Source: Candidatus Sumerlaeia bacterium
GTDB lineage: Bacteria > Sumerlaeota > Sumerlaeia > SLMS01
DNA length: 43,191 nt
Assembly: GCA_020831705.1 (NCBI GenBank)
Contig: JAFIGB010000067.1
Coordinates: 1-43,191, forward strand
Reading direction: 5' to 3'
Below are positions 40,927-43,191 of the stretch, piece after piece. Position 1 is the stretch's first letter; every line of letters begins with the position of its first letter. The translations under genes were made by a program, and so were the position numbers. The notes beneath the pieces are model-generated. The model did no database searches and was not told the origin of the DNA. It worked only from the letters and a program-made list of their open reading frames with translations.

Positions 40927-42123
40927 CATTCAATAACCCGAACCACGCCTTCAGGGCTCGACGTCTCCGCGGAATGGACAGCCACACCTGACGACATCTT
41001 CCTCCTCCGCCGCAAGGGCAACCCGAGCGGATGCGGCGCCATCAACCCACCCGAATTCGGCCCCGCCGGATTTACATCCAGCAACTACTATCTCCTGCGC
41101 GACGCATCCTACAATGTCACCACCGCACTCAATGCCCGCAGTGAAGTTGTCGAGCGCTACGACTACGACGACTTCGGCGTCCCCATCTTCCTCAATCCTG
41201 ATGGGGCGCCCCGCACGGATTCCCTGATCGGCAACGACATCCTGTGGCAGTCCATGCGCTGGGATGCGGAGGTGGAACTGTATTACATGCGCAACCGGTG
41301 GTACGACCCGTACCTCGGCCGGTTCCTCACCCGCGATCCCATTGGAGCCTTCGGCGACCCGCTCAACTTCGGCAATGCCTATACATTCCCTGCAAATAAT
41401 CCGTGGAGCTATCGGGATCCGTGGGGGTTGATGGGGACTGGTTGCGCGACCGTGGTCACATGGAGGAACGTTGCAATATCCATTGATAATCTTGAATGGC
41501 ATCACATGTTCCCAAAGCAACTATTCAATCATCCGGGGATCTCCCCCAGCATTCGCAAATTCTTTAACGATCCGGAATGGGGGTACATTATGCCTAAAGA
41601 CATGCATCGTGGGAAGAACATTGGCCTTCATCAAGCCGGCTGGAACAAGGATTGGGAGGATTGGTTAACAAGAACGCAGGGAAGAGTAGGGGCGGGAAAC
41701 ATTACTCTCGATATGGTGCGTACTCAGAGGAATCACATGGTGGGCCTCCCGCAATATAGTGCCTTCTTTGAGAAAAAACCGTCTGTATTTCGAGCGCATG
41801 TTTCCTATACCGAATGGAGGAGTGGTGGCCGAAAGAAGGCTATTTTGGCCTTTGGGAGAACTGCCGGGAGAGTAGGTGGAAGGGCTATTCCTATCGTCGG
41901 CGTTCTCCTGATCGCCGACGATGCGATGGCAGGCTTGGCTGTTGGCGGCGTATCAGAGGCAATCTACCGTGGATCGGGAGCAGCCGATATTCAGGGCTTG
42001 ATCAACTCGGCGATTGAATCCGCTAGAACTCCTGTTGACTCACACCTCTCCCGATTTGGGAAATGGCTGCTGGGAGGTGAGAACCTGAGGAAGTCGCGCA
42101 TTGATGATTGCCTGACCGATTAG
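40927..42123 (+). CDS. Orphan RHS module 2: longer start-less RHS-core stub + His-rich nuclease-like tip (DUF2380/AHH-like)
   Basis: Frame open from 40927 (TGA at 40924) with no start until ATG 41254; YYLLRDASYNVT...VVERYDYDDFG...ELYYMRNRWYDPYLGRFLTRDPIG...DPWGL; 230-aa tip with EWHHMFPKQLF...MH...LH..GWNKDWEDW. Confidence 0.82.
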   Translation, partial: HSITRTTPSGLDVSAEWTATPDDIFLLRRKGNPSGCGAINPPEFGPAGFTSSNYYLLRDASYNVTTALNARSEVVERYDYDDFGVPIFLNPDGAPRTDSLIGNDILWQSMRWDAEVELYYMRNRWYDPYLGRFLTRDPIGAFGDPLNFGNAYTFPANNPWSYRDPWGLMGTGCATVVTWRNVAISIDNLEWHHMFPKQLFNHPGISPSIRKFFNDPEWGYIMPKDMHRGKNIGLHQAGWNKDWEDWLTRTQGRVGAGNITLDMVRTQRNHMVGLPQYSAFFEKKPSVFRAHVSYTEWRSGGRKKAILAFGRTAGRVGGRAIPIVGVLLIADDAMAGLAVGGVSEAIYRGSGAADIQGLINSAIESARTPVDSHLSRFGKWLLGGENLRKSRIDDCLTD

Positions 42124-42160
42124 TTGACAAGGCCAGAAGTTCAGTGGAAAGGAATGAAAG

Positions 42161-42883
42161 TTGAACCAAATACTCTACTTCGTAATCGGTGACGCGGACT
42201 ATACAGGTCTCTTGAGTGTCAACATGGTCCACAGGAACTTGAAGATGTCTCTCTTTCACGGGGAGCATAAGTGGTATACAGGTGAAGGCAAGGAGTTGTG
42301 GATAGGGTCATACACAAGAATAGACTCACTGGCACCTGATTTCTGCGGAACGAGTATCAACCTCTATTCGGAGGAATTGGTCAAGCGATTGGACCATGTT
42401 GTTTGGAACGATTTTATTGCTGTTCCCAAGATGCGGTGGAAACGGGCGGATTTCCCTTTGAACGCGTATGAGATGGAGCGGGTCGTCAACGGGACGGGGA
42501 GCAATGCCATCGGTTATCTTCAAAACTTTCGTGACTCCAAGAATCCGCCGGACAAGCGTTACTTCTTCCTCGATGTACTGGTCGCACCCAGAGTGTTCAT
42601 GCCTGCGGAACGGGATGAAATATGGGAGCTGAATGAATTTCCTGACCAGGTAATTCGCGTGGGTCGATACGCGGTCACGAAGTACGCCGAGGAATTCAAG
42701 AAGTTGAAGACTATTTGGGTCAACGGCGGGCTGCTGATGACACCCGAGGTCTTCGACATTCTCGGCCCTTCTATTGACCGACGCTACTACAAGATTTTTG
42801 AGTATACGTTCGAGATTAGTGAGGGGCATGCCGTGCTGCAGAATACAAGGGAGCATTCAGGAGCCATGTTCGGTATGTTTTAA
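42161..42883 (+). CDS. Putative immunity protein for RHS module 2 (family not assigned)
   Basis: 240-aa soluble ORF, TTG start after GAAAGGA, 37 nt after the toxin stop. Confidence 0.6.
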   Translation: MNQILYFVIGDADYTGLLSVNMVHRNLKMSLFHGEHKWYTGEGKELWIGSYTRIDSLAPDFCGTSINLYSEELVKRLDHVVWNDFIAVPKMRWKRADFPLNAYEMERVVNGTGSNAIGYLQNFRDSKNPPDKRYFFLDVLVAPRVFMPAERDEIWELNEFPDQVIRVGRYAVTKYAEEFKKLKTIWVNGGLLMTPEVFDILGPSIDRRYYKIFEYTFEISEGHAVLQNTREHSGAMFGMF

Positions 42884-42921
42884 GGTGGTAGGATCGGCGA
42901 ATGGAAGTCATTTTGGTCTCT

Positions 42922-42945
42922 CACGGAGGCACAAAGGCACGGAGG
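42922..42945 (+). repeat. Tandem 8-bp repeat CACGGAGG-CACAAAGG-CACGGAGG
   Basis: Three adjacent 8-mers read directly from the sequence; the last provides the GGAGG RBS of the next ORF. Confidence 0.7.
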
Positions 42946-42955
42946 TTTGTGGACC

Positions 42956-43191
42956 ATGAATCAGACCGTCCTCCAGCTTCTCGTCTTAATGATGGTGGCC
43001 CTTCCAGCCTGGGGTTTGCTCCACCTTGTCTGCTGGTATCGTGGGAGGAAGATGTTGGGGTCGATATCGGTGATGCCCCTCGATCTGACCGCATTGTTGA
43101 TATCCCTGCCGCTCGCCTGGTATCTCAATAGCATGGTTCCCTGGTTGGGGACTATTCTCCTATCATTGGCGCATGTACTCGTGATCGTCAT
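42956..43191 (+). CDS. Membrane protein, truncated by the window edge
   Basis: Not in the ORF track (no stop in window). ATG 42956 after GGAGG; MNQTVLQLLVLMMVALPAWGLLHLVCWY...LTALLISLPLAWYL...WLGTILLSLAHVLVIV, about 3 TM segments. Confidence 0.65.
   Translation, partial: MNQTVLQLLVLMMVALPAWGLLHLVCWYRGRKMLGSISVMPLDLTALLISLPLAWYLNSMVPWLGTILLSLAHVLVIV

Larger units (their letters stand above)
39288..41327 (+). repeat. 110-bp direct repeat (39288-39397 and 41218-41327) encoding the RHS core
   Basis: Manual alignment gives 106/110 identical positions, offset 1930 nt. Confidence 0.92.

Noticed and set aside
40923-42129. TTGACA hexamers at 40923 and 42124 as internal promoters
   Set aside because: No plausible -10 element at 16-18 nt spacing.
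38365-43191. CRISPR array, integron attC array, integrase or transposase
   Set aside because: No regular repeat-spacer pattern, no convincing attC pairs at gene boundaries, and no recombinase or transposase motifs in any frame.

Overview
GC-rich bacterial chromosomal segment, mostly core genome, ending in an accessory island. Left to right: (1) a large secreted protein on the minus strand that the ORF track omits (<1-2594; signal peptide, two FGE-sulfatase/C-type-lectin-fold domains, three Ig-like repeats); (2) a YcfL-like lipoprotein, an orphan OppB-type permease and a GT-C membrane glycosyltransferase; (3) a type II secretion/pseudopilus cluster (gspE, gspF, gspH/I/J/K-like, a fused PilM-PilN/GspL-like gene, PilO/GspM-like, GspC/PilP-like, and an inverted gspG; no secretin or prepilin peptidase in the window), with a candidate ~170-nt structured ncRNA between the convergent genes; (4) a metallophosphoesterase-CBM9-like protein, yajC, an HD protein, fused secDF, ilvC, a second GT-C, pstSCAB, a membrane Ser/Thr kinase, a lipoprotein, dsbD and nadB; (5) tRNA-Leu(CAG), followed by a lower-GC array of orphan polymorphic-toxin modules: a truncated toxin tip with a cognate gene, then two start-less RHS-core stubs sharing a 110-bp near-identical arm, each fused to a different His-rich nuclease-like tip and followed by a putative immunity gene. 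The best candidates for undescribed biology are the tRNA-anchored RHS toxin/immunity array, the intergenic structured RNA, and the T2SS/T4P-hybrid machine with enlarged acidic pseudopilins. All family calls come from motif recognition by eye; no searches were run.
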